NCBI RefSeq assembly: GCF_026210795.1 | Contig: NC_089432.1 | Span: 2,790,001 to 2,854,000 of the forward strand | Direction of reading: 5' to 3' | Length of the DNA: 64,000 bases | Source of the DNA: Rhizophagus irregularis | Lineage: Eukaryota | In this document: positions 38,834-52,969 of the stretch, one piece after another | Numbering within the stretch: position 1 is the first letter of the stretch | Layout of the letters: each line of letters begins with the position of its first letter | Position numbers and translations under genes: made by a program | The notes under the pieces: generated by a model | Seen by the model: the letters and a program-made list of their open reading frames with translations, nothing else | Told to the model about the DNA's origin: nothing | Database searches by the model: none

Positions 38834-40943
38834 TTATTCATTTAATTTATATTTAGCATTTTGATATCCTTGTTCAGCAGATTTTTTAAACAAACAAATT
38901 GCTTGACTTATATCTTTTTTAATTCCCATTCCATCTTTATAAAAAAAAGCAAGATTATATTGAGCCAAATAATTTCCTAAATCTGTAGCCTTTTTATATA
39001 ATTCAAATGATTTCTGATAATCAATATTAGTTCCAATTCCTTTTTTATAACACCATCCTAAATTACATATTCCAAGTAAATTTCCTAAACTTGCTGACAT
39101 TTGAAATAATTCAAATGCTTTTTGATCATTAATAAGAACCCCAATTCCATAAAGATAACAATTTCCTAGATTATAAAGTCCACGTGCACTTTCTAAATTT
39201 GCAGCCTTTTGATAAAATTCAAATGCTTTTAGTTGATTAGCAAAGGTTCCAATTCCTTTTTCATAACAATAACCTAAACTAGTTATTCCAAATGTATTAT
39301 TTAAATTTGAAGACTTTTGATATAATTCAAATGCTTTTTGTTCATCAACATTAATTTCAATTCCAAAATAATTAAATACTCCAAGTAAAAAAATAGAATC
39401 AGAATTTTCCTGATTATTAAGTAACCAATTATAAATTTCTTGTGAGGATACATTATGATTATCAAGATATTTAACAACTTTACATTTTCTCATTTTTATT
39501 TCTATATTTTCAAAAAGAGAAATTATTTCAACAACCATTATTTCAAAATCATTCATGATTAGATCTGATGAAATTGAAGGATCTATTTCATTTATATCAA
39601 TCCTACTAAAATTTTGAATAATTTGAGATATTTGTAAATTATTATTAATTACGTTTTCAGAAATTTCATTATAATCGTTTAATTGAATTTCTGAAATAAT
39701 TGTATTTAATTTCATAACAACCTGATTGATAGTTGGACGATTATCTGGTTCATTATTCCAGCAATCTAAAATATAATAAAATAAACTTTTATAAATATTG
39801 TTATTTTAAAATAATATATAATAATTAAATTTAATTAGTATATTTACCAGTATATATTTTTATGTAATCTTTAGGTGTATTGAGAGTGGGCTTCTCTCTA
39901 AGACCTTGTAATATTTCCATAGCCAAACCAACATCATATGGCTCATTACAAAAAGGTGGACGTCCACTAGAAATTTCCCATAAGAGTATGCCAATACTGT
40001 ATATATCACTCTTTTTGCTTAATGTATATATTTGTAATTGATTATTGCTATCTCTTCTATTAAAAATTTGTGGATCGATATAAGTAACCATTCCGAACAA
40101 TTTTGATTGAACATTAGATAATTCTTCAATCCTTTCTGATAATCCAAAATCAGTCAATTTGATGGTATTCTTATTAACTAATATATTATTTGAGTGCTAT
40201 TATTAAATATAATATGTATTAGATACTATAATCTTGCAGTATAATTTAATATAATATAAATTTAATAAATAACCTACCAAATTACGATGTACGATTTCTT
40301 TATCATGTAAGTATGATATTGCATTAGATAATTGAAATGCCAAATTTAATTTATCATTCCAAGTGAGGTTTTCAAAGTATTCACTTAAATAGTATCGAAG
40401 GGTACCATTGTCGGCATATTCCATCACTAACAAATATCTTTTTGAATCATCACTTTGGATTTCTTTTGAAAGAAAAAAAAATTATTTTAGATTTTTTTTC
40501 ATATGCGTATAATATGTATATATTTTTTAAAAATATTTGTAATATCGCACCTGATGTAATACCATAAAAGCGAATTATATTTTCATGAAAATCCATTTCA
40601 CGATGAAGTTTAAGCTAAAAAATAAATGAAATTATAAATTAGAAACATAATTTATTATAATACTTCATAAGAAATAAATACTAATAATCATATAAATTAC
40701 TTCATTAACAATTTCTTTGGTAATGGTATCAAAATTAAAAAAAAGTTTTAACGCTAAATAATTATGAGAATTATTCCAATTTGCACGATATACTTTTCCA
40801 AATCTTCCAAGACCAATTCCTTGAATATTATTAAAATATTTATAATCATAATATTTAATTTGTTTTTTTACAATAGATTCTTCAATCCAATTAATCCACT
40901 CCTTTGAATTATCAATAAATTTAATTTCAGTGTTATTAGACAT
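38834..40943 (-). CDS. TKL kinase-like domain plus Sel1-like repeats; catalytic HRD reads HRN
   Basis: GLGRFGKVY, ALK, HRNL|HSNN, TDFG; C-terminal LG.CY..GIG...KAFE.Y.KAA repeats; conserved intron positions. Confidence 0.85.
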
Positions 40944-42303
40944 CGTAAATATCAAATTTTTTACTGTGGAAGTTAATTTACGTCAAAAAGGTTAAAAAGA
41001 TTTAAGAAAAAAAAAAAAGAAAAAAAGAAATTTTATTCCGTTTATAGTTAGTAGAACATGAACACATTCCAAAAAAATAAATTTTGTGTAATTTGTTAAG
41101 TCAGCAAGAAAAAAAATTATGAGTAACAACGTCCTACGTCACACAGATCGTTATGGCCTGCATTTGGTTACATTTGAAAATCTGGGACACAGATCGGAAT
41201 TTTCATACAATTTATTCGGCTTAAAGTCATATTTTAATATTCTAGTATTCTTAAAAATTTTAATATTTAATTTTTTTCCAATAAATGTTTTAAAATTCTA
41301 AAAAAAAAAAATATTAAACTTAATTTATCTGTTATAGCGTAAATGCATATCTTCATAATCTTCATAAGAAAGTGATGATTGCCTTGATAAATTTAATTTA
41401 TAAGTCCATTTATGCGGACAGAAAATAAAAGTCATTTGATTAGACAATTTATTAAAAATCTGTCATGTAGCCGGAGTAAAATATCTGATATAAAACAAAA
41501 AAATAAAATAATCAAGTGATATAAAAGTGAATTTGAAATATTAGCAAAAATTTTGATTATTTAAAAGAAAAATGTTGACAATATATTGTTCCAATAGACA
41601 TTTTGTTATAGGATTAAGAGTACAAAGTTTTAATAAAAAAAAAATAACAAAAGAGTAAAAAAAAACTAATGCTCAAATTATGATGATATTGACACAACTG
41701 ATATAATCATAATAGAGATTTTTAATAAACATGTAAAACTTTAAAACTTAAGGTTTAAACATCCCGCGTAAATTTGGTAATTCATTTTTAATTATTATGT
41801 AATTTTTATTTTCTTTCATAAAAAATATATTAATATAATAATTGAATATTCTTTATTTCAAATTTATTCATAAATAAACAATATTTATGCTCAAGTAAAT
41901 AAAAATACCAATTCAGTTTTATTCATTAATTAGGTTTAAATCAGAAATGTAACGGAAAATTGGTTCCAGATTGTCTGAAATTTTTATTTCAAATTTGATT
42001 TAATTTTTACAAACGATTGTTTATGCTTTCATCAGTAAGAATTTTAAAATTATAAATAATTTATACGATAATCTATTCAATTATAACTAAGAATTTTGGA
42101 AGATGTCTCAAATCTAAAAATGATATTAAAGGGCGGTAATGCAGATCAATAAATCGGAAAAAATACGGCCCGGAAACAAATTAAATGATCACCTGGATTG
42201 TGCAATGATCGGAGTAATTTCCGCTTTTGATTTCTCATTATAAATATAAAAAAAAAATTTTATTTTTCTTTTTTTTTAAATACTTATATTACAAAAATAA
42301 CTA

Positions 42304-43854
42304 ATGGAACCCGAATTTAGTAAATTAAATATCTCAGGTGGAAATTCTAATTACAAAAATTGTTCATATTGTAATAATCCCTTTACTGAAGAATTATGGT
42401 GTAAAGAATGTGACCCATTTAGAATAATGGAAGGATGGACCAGCGGAAATTCTGATATTGATAAATTTATAAAAGATACAATGTGTAAGCCGAAAAATTA
42501 TAGTCGTGATTATGATAATTATTCATTTCTTGAATGGGTACCATTTGATAGATTTACAGATATAAAAGAAATTGGTGAAGGTGGATTTTCCAAAGTATAT
42601 TCTGCAACTTGGATTAATGGTAAATCATATTATGACGAAAAAAGTGATGGAAGTTGGAAAAAATTAGAACCTGAATCTATGGAAATTGCTTTGAAAAGGT
42701 TAAATGGATCACAGAATATGTCAGATAAATATTTAAATGAAGTACGTTTTTATACTATTTTGTATCTTATTTAATTTATTTCATTTGGGTGTTTAATAGT
42801 ATTAAATTATTTTATTTTAAATTTATTAAAATATAGCTTAAAATACATTGGGAAATTTCTAACAAAAGTGGATTATCATTTTATGGATTAACTAAAGACC
42901 CAGAAACTAAAGAATTTATGATGATTATAGAATTTGCTAGTAAAGGAAATTTGAGAAATGTTCTTTCAAATAACTTTAGTAACATTATGTGGGAATGTAA
43001 AATTAAATATTTAATGTATATATTAGTTGACTTAAAACAATTACATAAATTAGGATATTGCCATAAAGATTTTCATAGTGGGAATATTTTACAAACTGTT
43101 GTTACTTTTATTTCAGACTTCGGATTATCTGGACCAGCAAATGAACAAAAATCAGATGATAAAGTAGTATATGGAGTAATGCCATATATTGCACCAGAAG
43201 TCTTAAACGGAGAACCATATACATCATCATCCGATATTTATAGTCTAGGTGTAATTATGGCTGAATTATCATCAGGAAAACCACCTTTTTACAATAAAAA
43301 ACATGATTTAAGTTTAGCATTAGCCATATGTAATGGACTCAGACCAGAATTTGGAAAAGGAACTCCTGAATTTTATAAGAAATTAGCTTATAAATGCATG
43401 AGTGCCAATCCAAATGAAAGACCAGCAGCTGAAGAATTAAAAAAAATATTTGGTTTCTGGGATAGTTTTATTACAGGTAGTGAAAATAATAAAGAAAAAT
43501 ACGGTTATAAAGGAAAAGAAATTAAAGCAGCATTTGAAGAAGCTGATAAAGAAATACCAAACATCTCAACTTCGTATGAAAAGAATTCTGATGCTGTATA
43601 TACCAGTAGAGCGTTTACATTTAGCGATTTATTACCAAAACCCGTTAATTCATCCATTATTACTTCATATGTTAATAATGAAGGTATTTTCTATTTTATT
43701 TAAAAATTTTATTTTTACTTGAATAATTATTAATTTTATTATTTCAATAGTTAGTGACTCTCAATTAATCGACTTGGAAGTGTCTAATTCAATACAATTA
43801 AAAGGCACTATAGATATTGACGATGAAAGTAAGATTGATTATTTAGTGAATTAA
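42304..43854 (+). CDS. TKL protein kinase with N-terminal CxxC...CxxC module
   Basis: CSYC..WCKEC, GEGGFSKVY, IALK, HKDFHSGN, SDFG, APE; three predicted exons, frame intact. Confidence 0.85.
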
Positions 43855-44429
43855 ATATTATTTATTTATAAGTTATAGTATAACAGTATAATTGGTAACT
43901 TAATTCCTTGTAATCTTATGATAAAATTAAGTGACTTAAAAAATTTTATATTCATATACATATATATTAATAAACTTATGCATGTTTAAAGTTAATATAT
44001 ACTGTATAATTATTTGTAAAATTCTGGTATTATAGCCTACCAGCTGTAAACAAAGAATTTAGTTATTTGAATATTAGTATGTAAAACAAAACTAAAAATT
44101 TAACATAGAATATGATAAAAATAATAAATAATTCCATTATTATTTAATTATAAGATAACCTATTAACTTATGAGCTAAATTATTCAATAAAATTTTTATA
44201 TAATATGGTTAGTTTGTGTATTATGTATTATATATAGGTTTATTTATAGATAAGTATTTAAATTATTTTGCAAATAAAAATTTGATATTTCAACTTGTTT
44301 AATATACCCTCAGATTCCTTGATACTATTTATTTCAGATTCTTCAGAGCTATATACTACCAGAAATTAGTTTATTATATTGCCAATGAACATACTATATA
44401 TATGATTTTTACTTTTATCATTACTGTGA

Positions 44430-44779
44430 TAGGGATTGGAACCAGTTAAGATGGTTAACCGGTTAAAACTATATTTACCATAATTCTAGTCAGATTTATA
44501 TAATGCAGCCCAGAAATATGTAAATTGCGGCCACGTGTTCCTAAACTTGAAGTTTTAATGCCGAATTATTTTCTATTTATTTATAATAATTTTAGTGATA
44601 CATAGTCTTCCTATAACTAAATATGCAAATAAAATCAAAAATTGGTACAATTTGCAGTAAAAAAAGTTTTTAAAATATTTTTAATATTAACCAGTTATTA
44701 ACCGGTTATTAACCGGTTAAGACCCTTGGTTAACCGGTTTTTAACTGGTTAAGGTTTTTTTGGACGGTTCCAATCCCTA
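44430..44779. mobile_element. hAT-type MITE
   Basis: TIR TAGGGATTGGAACC / GGTTCCAATCCCTA; 8-bp TSD TACTGTGA (44422-44429, 44780-44787); TTAACCGGTT repeats. Confidence 0.92.
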
Positions 44780-45083
44780 TACTGTGAGATCAGCACACAA
44801 AAAATAAGTTGCTATAATTTCTAATATTCCATTTTCCCATGATTTCCTAGTATCAAAATTGGTAAAATAATCTTTATTCTTCAAGTGAATAAAATCCTAT
44901 AAAAGCACTTTCTAATTTTATCAGTTGCCAGTAGAGATGACAATGGTCAGTCATGGTCGGAAAAGGGGATACTGCTAAATATACGTCACAATCTGTATGT
45001 TCAGTTCTTTTCAAACGGTTAATTAAAAATTATTATTTAAATAATTTTACTTTAATTAATAATTAGACGATTTTAGAGATTAT

Positions 45084-47570
45084 TTAATCAAATTCAACCC
45101 TATCAAATTTTAACTTTTTAAATTTATCCTCTTTAATGTCGAGCCTATTTTTTATATCATTCAGACTATTGAAGGGGCGTTTTCCTTGTTCAATACGGAT
45201 ATCGTTAAATCCAATATGTTTGAGTGATTCAACAGGTGCTGAATTAAAATATATTTTTCGTTTGCTAAGTAAAAGAATAGAGAATGCATTAGCAGATATT
45301 ATAATAAAAAAAAGGAATTCCAAATTTTGCAAACATACCAGATGCAAATTGTGCTCGACTTGCATATGTATATCCATAAAATTCTTGCATTTTTTCCATA
45401 GATACTAATGCGCTATTTGGTCTATCACTTATAGAAAGGTTGTCTTTCTGATCTGCATTTGTTAAGAATAACAAAACCCAATTTGGGTCAATTTTCTCCA
45501 TATTTTCAGTAACCTTATTACATAAGAAAGTTATTCGTTAACCCAACAATTTTAACGATTTGTATGTATACTTTATATATAAAGCAATGTTGTTACCTTT
45601 TTATACTCATTATCGAATAAATCTTGATTAATGATAAGCTTTGAAGTAGTAGTTAGTTTAGCTTGCAGAGCTAAACAAATTTCAGATTCTGAACTTCCAT
45701 CTTTAAGAAGCACAAAGACATCCCAGGTAGTGCTTCGACCCGGATGAAAACCGTCATCCGGATTACACAAAAAAAAAATCTGGATTATATCTGGATTGAC
45801 CCGGATTTTGAATCCGGATCAGATAATCCGGATAGAAACCGGAAACCGGATTGGATTTACAAATGATCGGCAATAATTCTGGCCAGAATTCATAACGCCG
45901 GCCAGAATTACAAATTGTGTAACATTAAATTTTCATGCCAGCCAATAAAAAATTTTTTGCCCGGTGGCTAAACTATTTTCCCGGTGTCACGTGCGTGATG
46001 TTAATTTTGGCCAGAATTACAAATTTGGCCAAAATTATCCAAGACCACGAAATTTACATAATTCCAATTTCATTAAATACTTTTCTTTAAAACAATTTCA
46101 TATTATTTCAGCATTTCTCAGACTATTGTTTTACATTTCTTTGTAAATTAACTAATTATGAAATTTTAAACAAGATATTTTTATATACAGCTAAAGATTA
46201 CTATAAATAGATGTGTTGGGTTAGTAAGGCAATTTTTTAAGGATTTGTTTCTTCTTTCAAAAATTAAAGAATCATTTGAATCAAATTACATAACACTAGT
46301 TTTAATTTTTAAAAAAAGTTGTTATAATTATATAAATTTATAATATTGAACAATTTTTCATTTTAAAACAATAATTATTATTTTGTTGTAGCAAAAATAA
46401 TATAAAGTTTTTTTTCTTTTGAACATTTGAATGTGAAATCTAAAATTATTTGTTATTTGTTAATGTATAAATTTAAATAAACAAATCTGATACAAACTTC
46501 AATAAATAAATTATAATTGAAAAATCTTCTTAAACTTACTGTATTAAAAAGTTTAATAACAAATATAAATTTAATAAATTTTAATAAAAAAATTGGTATT
46601 AGGCGCAAAAATAATTAGCCATAATATTATTTAGATATAGATCTTTATGGATCAGCAAAATTATTATTAATAAAAAAAAAAATAATAAAAATTTCATCCA
46701 GATTCCGGGTCAAACCGGATATTTTTCATCCGGTTTATAATCCGGATGAAACCCGTGAAAATCCGGATATCCGAAAAAAAAAAATCCGGATCAATCCGGA
46801 TTGATCCGGATACGGGTCGAGGCACTAATCCCAGGGTGCTCCAGCAGCATTAAGAAAGATACAACCAGTGTATTTCTTGGTATCATCAAGTAAATCAAGG
46901 TCGAAATAACCATTTCTCATTTCTGTCAAGTTTACATATTTCGCTTTTTGTTTCTCGTAAGTTTTAGTGGCTAAATTATATTAAATTTGAGTTTGAATTT
47001 GATGCGACATTTAAAAACTAAAACTTAATTACCTGGATATCGATGTAGTAATTTGTACAATTTGATATCTTTAGTTTTAGGTAAGACAACTTCAAAATTC
47101 GGAAATTCATGCGAGAATTCCGCACCCTTTAAAAGTGTCTTCAAATTAATTTTCTCATATCCTAGTAAACGAAAAAGACTGAGGCGCAATGCCAAGAATT
47201 TGGCATTAAAGTCTTCAAAATTCTGCCAATTATTTGGATCATCATATTGTAACATGGGTTTCCAATGCATCATCAACAATTCAGGGTCAGTGGAATATTC
47301 AGCGATTGCATATACCCATAGGTAAGGTAAACGAATAAGGTAGTGTGCTTTTGCCGGAACCAGGTTCACAAATCCCATTGAAACAAGATCTCTATAGGTT
47401 AGAAATTTTCCTAATTCGTGGTCCTCAACTTTCACATTCTCTTTTTTAGCCGCTTCCATTTTACCAACTGGAAGACCCAAAATGGCCTTTGCGAGAGGTA
47501 CTGACAAAGAATTTGAAAAATTATCAAGTTGATATTTATTTACAATCCTATGTTTGACGTGTTCCATAAC
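45084..47570 (-). pseudogene. Crinkler-type C-terminal region (restriction-endonuclease-like fold plus HhH-like tail), 5'-truncated and MITE-disrupted
   Basis: WQNFEDFNAKF, rejoined FLNAAGAPWDVF..CLALQAK, LFLTNA, EFYGYTYASRAQF, RPFNSLNDIKNRL; family assignment by recall, not by search. Confidence 0.6.
45728..46827. mobile_element. 1.1-kb non-autonomous hAT-type element
   Basis: TIR TAGTGCTTCGACCCG / CGGGTCGAGGCACTA; 8-bp TSD ATCCCAGG (45720-45727, 46828-46835); ATCCGGAT subterminal repeats. Confidence 0.92.
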
Positions 47571-50360
47571 TTTTCCGATACCATGGTGGGATGTTAATCA
47601 TTATTGTATAGTTTACAATCAAACGCTAAAATTTAAAACTGATTGTCAAAAATGGTGTTCATATTGTATTATAATTTATACTGGATGTAGGCATTGTTTG
47701 ACAACAAATATTATTTTTGGAATTATAGGTGAATCTCAATGTAAGAAATGCAAAAGAGTATCACTTATTACAATCAAAATGATAAAGATTAAAAAAAAAA
47801 TATCTAAAATTAACACAAATAGCTATAAACAGATTTCCAATTATATGAATAATAATGATAAAAATTCTAATCCACTTGAATTATATAAGTTTATCAAAAA
47901 ACTCGATCTTTTTCCTTTAAAACCATTGATATTCTGGAGTTCATATTCTCAAATTACAAGTTTATTAGGAAATAATGAAAATTCTTTTAAACCAAGTTTA
48001 CCAATTATGTTTATTCCTTTTAATAATAATGAAGATGAATGTCATTATTGTAATAGGAAATACGATAAATTAGATTCATTTGAACCAAAATTTTGTCATT
48101 ATTGTTTACGTTTTCATATTAATTTTATAGCTAAAAATATCAAATATACAATCAAAGACATGTATATATGTGATATTATAAATACATGTAAACATAAACG
48201 ACAAGAATGGTGTGAAATTTGCACTACAATTTTGTTCTTTGATATAATAGTTATAAATTATACAAAGAATAATAGATTTTGTGATTATGAAAATATTATT
48301 GAAAGTAGAAAAGATTGTAAATTATGTGGAAAATTAATTTATGAACAGACTTCAATTGATTCTGAGTATAAACTATGTTCAAATTGCTATAAAATTTCTT
48401 TTGAATGTGTTAAATCAACTTTGATTGAAAAAGCCATTCTAATTCTTTATTTACTATGGTGGGATGCTTATAATCAATGTATAGTTTGTAATAAACTCCT
48501 TGAATTCGAAGGTGATTGTCAAAAATTGTGTTCAAGCTGCTTTATATTTTATATTGGATGTAGATATTGTTTGACAACAAATATTATTTTTGGATATACA
48601 AATCAATCTAAATGTAGTAAATGTAAAAGAATTTTTATTATTGAAATCAGTGGAAATTATATTATTGACAAATTTTTACATTTTACAAATGTTGATAATA
48701 ATGATAAATATTATGAAATAGTTAATTATATTAATAATATTAATAATACCAACAAAAATTCTAATCCATTAAATATATATAGTTTTATTCGTGATAAGTA
48801 TTAGTTATTTACTAATCTAGTAGTATATAAATGGGTTATCATCCGAAGGATGATGGCCCATTTATATACTAAACTAGATCAGTAAATAACTTTTTTATCA
48901 TCCTAGATATACTAATTGGTCCGCCAGTTTATAACTGGCGGAAAAATCCTAAATACCAATTAGTAGCCAGGTGATAAGTTTGATTATCACTCTACAAGAC
49001 CAAAAATAAAATGGGTTTCATATTCACAAATTAAAATTTTTTTAAAAAATAGCAGATGGAGGATTTGGTATTATTTATAAAGCTTTAATTAATGGAAACG
49101 TTGTGACTATAAAAAAAATTTTGGGTTCTCAAGAACCAAATAAATATTTTCTGAATGAGGTAATTAATTTTTAAAATTAATTTTACTTTAAAAAAAAATA
49201 TTTATATAATATACTAATTTGAACTTTAAAATTTTAGTTAAAATCACTTTATCAATTTTATGATGGTAAATTTGAATATATTATTAAATGTCATGGTATC
49301 GCAAAAGATCCTATAACAAAAGAACTTATGTTTATAATGAAATATGCAAATGCATAATTATTTACAAAAGAATTTTGCAGAGATTACCTGGAAGAAAAAA
49401 TTGCATATTTTGTGGCGAATTTCAGATGGGTATTTATAACTTAATTAATAATGATTTTAAAATTATTTAAATAAAATTTTATTAATAACCAATTTTTTGT
49501 TTTAGACTACAAACTATTCATGAAAAAGATTTCGTACATCGAGATTTTCATAGTGGAAATACAGTATATTGATTGAAATAATTGAAAATGATTCATATAA
49601 AATAGATCAATATCTAATTGGAGATTTAGGATTTTCACGACCTGCAAATGACATTCCACAAGATAACATTATATATGGAGTAATGTCTTATATTGCACCA
49701 GAAATATTTAAAGGCATCAAATTTTCTAAATCGTCTGATATTTATTGTATGGTCATGATTATGTGGGAATTGACAACTGGCTGTAAGCCTTTTGCTAATA
49801 TTGAACATGATGTTGGTTTAATTTATAAGATCATTGATGGGAAACGGCCTAATATTACTGACGACACTCCGGACGATTTTACTAATTTAATGAAAAAATG
49901 TTGGAATCCTGATCCTAAAATGAGACCTTCGGCAACGGAAGTTTGTGAATTTTTTAATTCTTGGTCAAATATGGGAATGGATGCCGAATATTTTGATCAA
50001 GCTGAAGAAATAAGATTAGAATTAATAAAATCAAAAATGCTTGGACCAGATTTTAATGAAAAATCTCATCCAAAAGCAATTTATACAAGCAGATCAATAA
50101 CATTTAATACGAATACGAAACCAAGTATGTAAACATTATTTTTTATATAAATTTGGACAATATTTAAAACATTTTAACATTTAATAATTATTATCATCTT
50201 AGATAATAAACTTATTGATGAATCAGTCAACAATAAAGGTATTAAGTTATTTTTTTAATGATAGAATCAGTACGTAAAGGAATTTATTAATTACTTGATT
50301 CTTTTTCTTTGGAATATATTACAAGGGAATATGAGTTTGATATAAATGAAAATTATGAAA
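47570..50360 (+). pseudogene. Cys-rich repeat (multi-CxxC) TKL kinase pseudogene
   Basis: Duplicated WWD..C..C....GCRxCLTTNIIFG..CKKCKR modules, then GGFGIIY, HRDFHSGN, GDLG, APE with frameshifts; no clear start; insertion at 48800-48970. Confidence 0.8.
48800..48970. mobile_element. 171-bp structured insertion with 9-bp TSD and no terminal inverted repeats
   Basis: GTGATAAGT at 48791-48799 and 48971-48979; removal restores RDKFDYHSTRPKIKWVSYSQI; two internal hairpins. Confidence 0.8.
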
Positions 50361-50706
50361 TTTAAAGGTATATTTAAAAGCTTTCTATTATTGCTTTTAA
50401 TAATTGCTTTGTCCAATTCAGTATCAAGATAAGATTTCAGAAGTAATCCAATAAATCCAAGGAAATAAGATGCAACTGAAGATTTTACTAAATGAATTTT
50501 TTATCATTTTTATTTTATTTTATTTTATTTTTTTTAAAAAAAGGAATGCATATTAAAGTTAGTAACAATGTTAACACAGAATCTTATGAACAGCTTTTAT
50601 TAAGTTATTTATTTATTTTTCTTAAATTTTGAATATAAATTAAAATAAAAATACATAAAATTGTATAAACTTAACCTATAATAAAGTATGGAAAATTCTA
50701 GAGAAT

Positions 50707-52969
50707 TTATTCTTGTAGGTTTTCTAATTTAATTTGAGCATTTTGAAATCCTTGCTTAGCAGATTGTTTATACCAATAAATGGCTTTATTTATATCTTTT
50801 TCAACTCCATTTCCTGATTCATACAATAAGGCAAGATGATACTGAGCATCGTAATTCCCTAAATCAGCTGCTTTTTTATATAATCCAAATGCCTTTTTTA
50901 TATCAACATTAGTTCCAATTCCAAGATTATAATAACATCCTAATAGAGATATTCCGAATAAATATTTCCCTTCTGCTGATTTTTTAGCTAATTCGAAAGC
51001 TTTATCAAAATCTATTTCAACACCTTCTCCAAATTCATACATCAAAGCAAGGTTATATTGAGCTTTTGGATTTTCTAAAATTGTTGCCTTTTGATATAAT
51101 TCAAATGCCTTTTGCATATTGATTTCAGTTCCAATACCACTACAATAACAATACCCTAATAAATTTAATCCACCCAAGAGCCCAATTTCTGCTAATTTTT
51201 TAGATAATTCAAAGGCTTTTTTATAATTTCTATCACAAACTTCTCCATCTTTATACATATAAACAAGTTTTAATTGAGCCATATTGTTTTCTAATACTGC
51301 AGCTTTTTCATAAAGTTCAAGTGCTTTTTCCTTATTAATATCAGTTACAATTCCATGATAATTAAAATATCCAAGTAAATAAATAGAATTTGAACAATCT
51401 TGATTAATTAAAAGCCAATGGTAAATTTCTTGTATACTAATTTTGCAATCATCAATATAACCGAAAGCACTTTCCCTACATACACTTTCTTCTATTCCTT
51501 CATTTATTTCCTTAAAATAAATATTAACAAATTTATCAATTATGATACTTAAATCTTCTTCAAATATGTTTTCGTGAATTTGTTGTATTGTAGGTTCTAT
51601 TTCGATCATATGAGACAATTTTCCATATCCATACAATAAACAATCATTAGTATCCGATCGAATAACATTGCTTGAATTAAATAATTGGGTTGACTTTGTA
51701 ACCATTGCTCTTAATTTATAAATCACTTGTCTCATTGTCGGTCTTTTATTTGGTTCATTATTCCAACATTCTAAAAAATTAAAAAGCAGTGTATTACGTT
51801 ACATAAAAATTAAGATTTTAATATTAAATTGATATTAATGTAAAATTATAAATATAAAATTATATTTACCAGTATATAAATTAGAATAATCAACGGGAGT
51901 ACCTAAAACGTTTGTTTCTCTGTAACCCTGTAAAATTTTCTTAATTAAATTAGCATCATTTGATTCGTCTTCAAATGATGGTCGACCACTTGATATTTCC
52001 CATAGAATCATTCCAAAAGCGTAAACATGGCTCTTTTCATTTAATGAATATGATTGTATTAATTCATTATTGTCATTTAACCTTTTTGGGTCGATATAAA
52101 GAATTTTATCAAATGAACCTGATTGGTTTTCAGAAACTCTTTTGATTCTATTTAATAATGTAAAATTGGCTAATTTGATGGTTTTCTGATGAAAAAAAAT
52201 ATTCCCAGGGTACTAAAAAAAAATAAAATTTTTTAATTAATATTTATTTATTTTAATGAATTTAACGAAATAAATAAATTACCAAATCATGATACGCAAT
52301 TCCTTTATCATGTAAAAATAATATAGCACATGCTAACTGGTACGCCAATTCATATTTGTCCTTCCAAGTAAGATTATTAAAATTTTCTTTCAAATAATCT
52401 CGAAGGGAACCACCGTTAGCATATTCCATTACTAATAAATATTCTTTCATTTGACCATTTTGATTTTCTAAAGGAAATAATAATTATTATAATTTATCAA
52501 ATTAGTAAACATATTTTAAAAAATTTAATCCAAAATCTTTTAATTATTTATAATATTTTATACCTTTATCAGTAATTCCAAAAAAGTTAATTAAATTATT
52601 ATGAAAATTAACTTTACTTTGAAGTTTAAACTAAATTATGAATAAAATATAATTAAAAAATGATAAATTGCTATATAATGTTTTCAATATTAAAATATTA
52701 TAGACCAAGATATAAAATAAACCAAGATAATATTTTATTTATATAATTACCTCATGAATGAGTTCTTCTTTTAAAATGTCATTGTCAATAATATTAAAGG
52801 ACTTTAATACAAAATGTTGTTCCGAATTTTTACAATTTGCACGATAAATTTGGTTACCAATTTTCTCAATATTATAAAAATTTTCATATTTGTAATACTT
52901 AATATTATTTACTAATATAAAATCTTCAACCCAATTAATTAATTCATTTGAATTTTTGGTGGTTTTCAT
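50707..52969 (-). CDS. Pseudokinase (TKL-like) plus Sel1-like repeats
   Basis: Gly-loop lost (KIGNQIYRAN), YHDL|YPGN, DFG replaced by NFT; about 6 Sel1 repeats; same intron layout as paralogs. Confidence 0.8.

Noticed and set aside
48830..48865. UUCG tetraloop or hammerhead ribozyme on the minus strand
   Set aside because: The stem pairs best with a 3-nt loop, and no CUGAUGA/GAAA core was found
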